From: Monocercomonoides exilis PA203
Taxonomy: Eukaryota; Protista; Preaxostyla
Length of the DNA stretch: 64,000 nt
Assembly (NCBI GenBank): GCA_001643675.2
Contig: LSRY02000006.1
Coordinates: 930,001 to 994,000 of the forward strand
Direction: 5' to 3'
The position numbers were made by a program, and so were the translations under genes. Shown piece after piece: positions 61,842 to 64,000 of this stretch (position 1 is its first letter; each line of letters starts with the position of its first letter). The notes below the pieces were generated by a model. The model searched no databases, was not told where the DNA came from, and saw nothing but the letters and a program-made list of their open reading frames with translations.

Positions 61842-64000
61842 TCAAAAATTTGGCTTTGAAATAGAATCCTCCTTTGCAAATATCTGCTGACGTTGAAGGG
61901 AAGTGTGATTATGATGATGCTGATGCGTGTGTTGATGTCGATGTCTGCTTTGCTGTTCCGATTGATGTACAATCTGTTCTTTACTCTCTTTCTGTTCGAT
62001 TTCATTTTGTTGTTTGCTTGTCTGTGGCATTTGCTTCTTTGCACTTAAACTTGCATTTTCTGGAACAAGATTGTGTGCTTGAGACTTCAGAATCTCTGAA
62101 GCTGTTGCCGATGGAGCTGACACAATAACATCAGCAGATGGCTGAATCATCGCTTTTGAAGAAGATGCCGACGAAACAGTAACGAAAGATGAAGTGGGAG
62201 GATGTGAAAAGGAAACTGGAGAAGAAGAAAGAAGAGAATGAGAAGTGGAAGGATCATAAGAAGGATGAAAAGAAGACGAGGTTTGGTTGAAAGATAGAGA
62301 TTGATTTACAGGAGAAGATTTGCCAGTCGCAGGTGCAGAAGAAGGGAATTCTGAATGTGCAGCTGGCTTTGCATCAATTGAATCCTGTTGGGAATTTGGC
62401 GGATTTGTTGAGAAAGTGGCCATTGAAGATTGTGTGGCGTGATGATGATGATGAGAAAAGGAATGAGAGCGGTGGATGCGGCGGAGTGGGCGTGTGTGGT
62501 GCAAATGTTTGGTGTGTGTGCTGTCGTTGTGCTTGTGTGAATGATGATGAGAGATGTGATCGTGGCTGTGGCTGCGAATTCTGCGCTGAGGTTGTTGTTG
62601 TTGTTCTGGTTGATGATGTTGATGATGATGCTGGCGATGTTGTTGATCAGGTTGACGAGAAGTGTGAGTGTGATGATGGAGATGGCTGCTAATTTGTGGA
62701 GAACTCGAGTCTGATGACTGTCTGACTGTCTGTCTGGAGTGATGTTTGACAACAGAATGTTCGTGGCTGAGAATGGACGAGTGTGAAATGATGGATTCCT
62801 CGCTCTCTTCGTGAGAAATGCTTGAAAGTGGATCTGAAAAGCTGGAGTGAGAAAGAGAATGAGAAAGTGAGTGCGATACAGAATGAGACAAAGAATGGTT
62901 GTAAATGTGTTTGTGGTGTGTGTGGTGTAATGAATAATCGCCATGTGACTTATATTTATGGAGAAGTGAATGGTGTTTGTAAAAATTAAGATGATGCGAA
63001 AGATGAAGATGCGGAGAAGAAAGACTTTTGTGAATGCGATGGTGATGATGATGGTGGCGATGATGATGATGATGGACTGGAAGAATAACCTTGTTATCAT
63101 CATTTCCCTGCTCATCGTCAAATGATTGATCACCAAGTTGTCTGTGATGTTTGTGATGATGCTTGTGCATATGTTTATGATGATACTCATCCAATTTCTC
63201 GTTTTCTCTCAAATTCTCATTCGCATTCTGTCTTTCATTTTTCCTGCTTCTTTTCGCTTTCTCCTCCTTCTTTCTCTTCTTTCTCTTCTTCGAGATGTGT
63301 CTCGGAGGCTGCGCTGTCTGGTTCATCAGCTCAAACGACCGGTGAAATGTCTCCATCGCAGCCAGCGACAGAAACGCTGTGCAATCAGCCTCGCTGACAT
63401 TCATCAGAAAATACCTCTCATTTGGAATAGACACTCGGTACTTACAGAGATCTCTGACACTGTCTTCACACTCTCTTCCCTTACCTCCTCCTTCTTCTCT
63501 TCTTCTTCCTTTTCCTCTTCTTCCTTCTAAATGCTTACTGCTTCGGATTGGTTTGTGCATTTCGATAAATTTCCCTTTTTCTTTTTCTTTTTCTTTTATT
63601 TTTTGTGAATTCATTTTTGATTTCACATCTTCTTCAACAAATTCTTTCTTTTTCTCTTCTCCCATCTTTTCTTCACCATTGCTTTTCACTCCAAAATCTT
63701 CATTTTCCTTCAGCTCGCAACCTTTTGGTGCGCAAAAATCTTGCGAATCAAATAGAGAAGAAGACAAAGTGGCTGAAGATTTAACCAAAATTGTGTTTGG
63801 AGTTAAATTTTGTGTGTTTTCAGCTGAAACTGACTGATTGCTATTTAAAAGAGAGGTACTCGGAAAGACACACGTGGAAGGAGGGGGCAGAATCAATGGA
63901 GAAGACGAAAATGGCAAAGAGGTCGAAGTTGTTGGAGGTAATGAAAACAATGGAAATGAAGAAGAAGACGATGCTGAAGAAGAAGAAGAATTTGAAGATG
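61842..64000 (-). CDS. Hypothetical His/Ser-rich protein, 5' end outside window
   Basis: Over 700 open codons running to the window edge, with long His-rich segments. No recognised domain. Confidence 0.7.
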   Translation of the reverse strand, partial: SSNSSSSSASSSSSFPLFSLPPTTSTSLPFSSSPLILPPPSTCVFPSTSLLNSNQSVSAENTQNLTPNTILVKSSATLSSSLFDSQDFCAPKGCELKENEDFGVKSNGEEKMGEEKKKEFVEEDVKSKMNSQKIKEKEKEKGKFIEMHKPIRSSKHLEGRRGKGRRREEGGGKGRECEDSVRDLCKYRVSIPNERYFLMNVSEADCTAFLSLAAMETFHRSFELMNQTAQPPRHISKKRKKRKKEEKAKRSRKNERQNANENLRENEKLDEYHHKHMHKHHHKHHRQLGDQSFDDEQGNDDNKVILPVHHHHHRHHHHHHRIHKSLSSPHLHLSHHLNFYKHHSLLHKYKSHGDYSLHHTHHKHIYNHSLSHSVSHSLSHSLSHSSFSDPLSSISHEESEESIISHSSILSHEHSVVKHHSRQTVRQSSDSSSPQISSHLHHHTHTSRQPDQQHRQHHHQHHQPEQQQQPQRRIRSHSHDHISHHHSHKHNDSTHTKHLHHTRPLRRIHRSHSFSHHHHHATQSSMATFSTNPPNSQQDSIDAKPAAHSEFPSSAPATGKSSPVNQSLSFNQTSSSFHPSYDPSTSHSLLSSSPVSFSHPPTSSFVTVSSASSSKAMIQPSADVIVSAPSATASEILKSQAHNLVPENASLSAKKQMPQTSKQQNEIEQKESKEQIVHQSEQQSRHRHQHTHQHHHNHTSLQRQQIFAKEDSISKPNF

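Noticed and set aside
1-64000. CRISPR arrays, tRNA, rRNA
   Set aside because: No repeat-spacer periodicity or recognisable RNA gene by eye; a covariance-model scan is needed to exclude small ncRNAs.

Overview
AT-rich eukaryotic DNA with short GT-AG spliceosomal introns and the standard genetic code. Gene style (long poly-Ser/Glu tracts, giant beta-helix receptor-like gene, cathepsin B without occluding loop) suggests an oxymonad such as Monocercomonoides, which is an inference. Positions 1-27.5 kb are a compact housekeeping block: partial SPRY-like gene, cathepsin B-like protease, NEK-like pseudokinase, U2SURP/SR140, ITPA, TMEM104-like transporter, FCP1 phosphatase and a coiled-coil protein, plus two small MITEs. 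At 28.2-36.9 kb is a ~2900-codon receptor-like gene broken by four in-frame stops. At 37.8-53.0 kb is a transposon nest. A decayed intron-containing pogo (DD35D) transposase abuts a full-length DIRS1-type retrotransposon whose ITRs and ICR are still readable. The RT of that DIRS is split by a 3.24-kb element with 41-bp GGC-ended TIRs and a perfect 8-bp target duplication; it has no recognisable transposase and carries decayed fragments resembling the host receptor family in both orientations (a Pack-type, Merlin-like element, the top finding). A second, divergent DIRS copy faces the other way. The window ends with a large, partly degenerate Pumilio gene and a His-rich gene running off the right edge.
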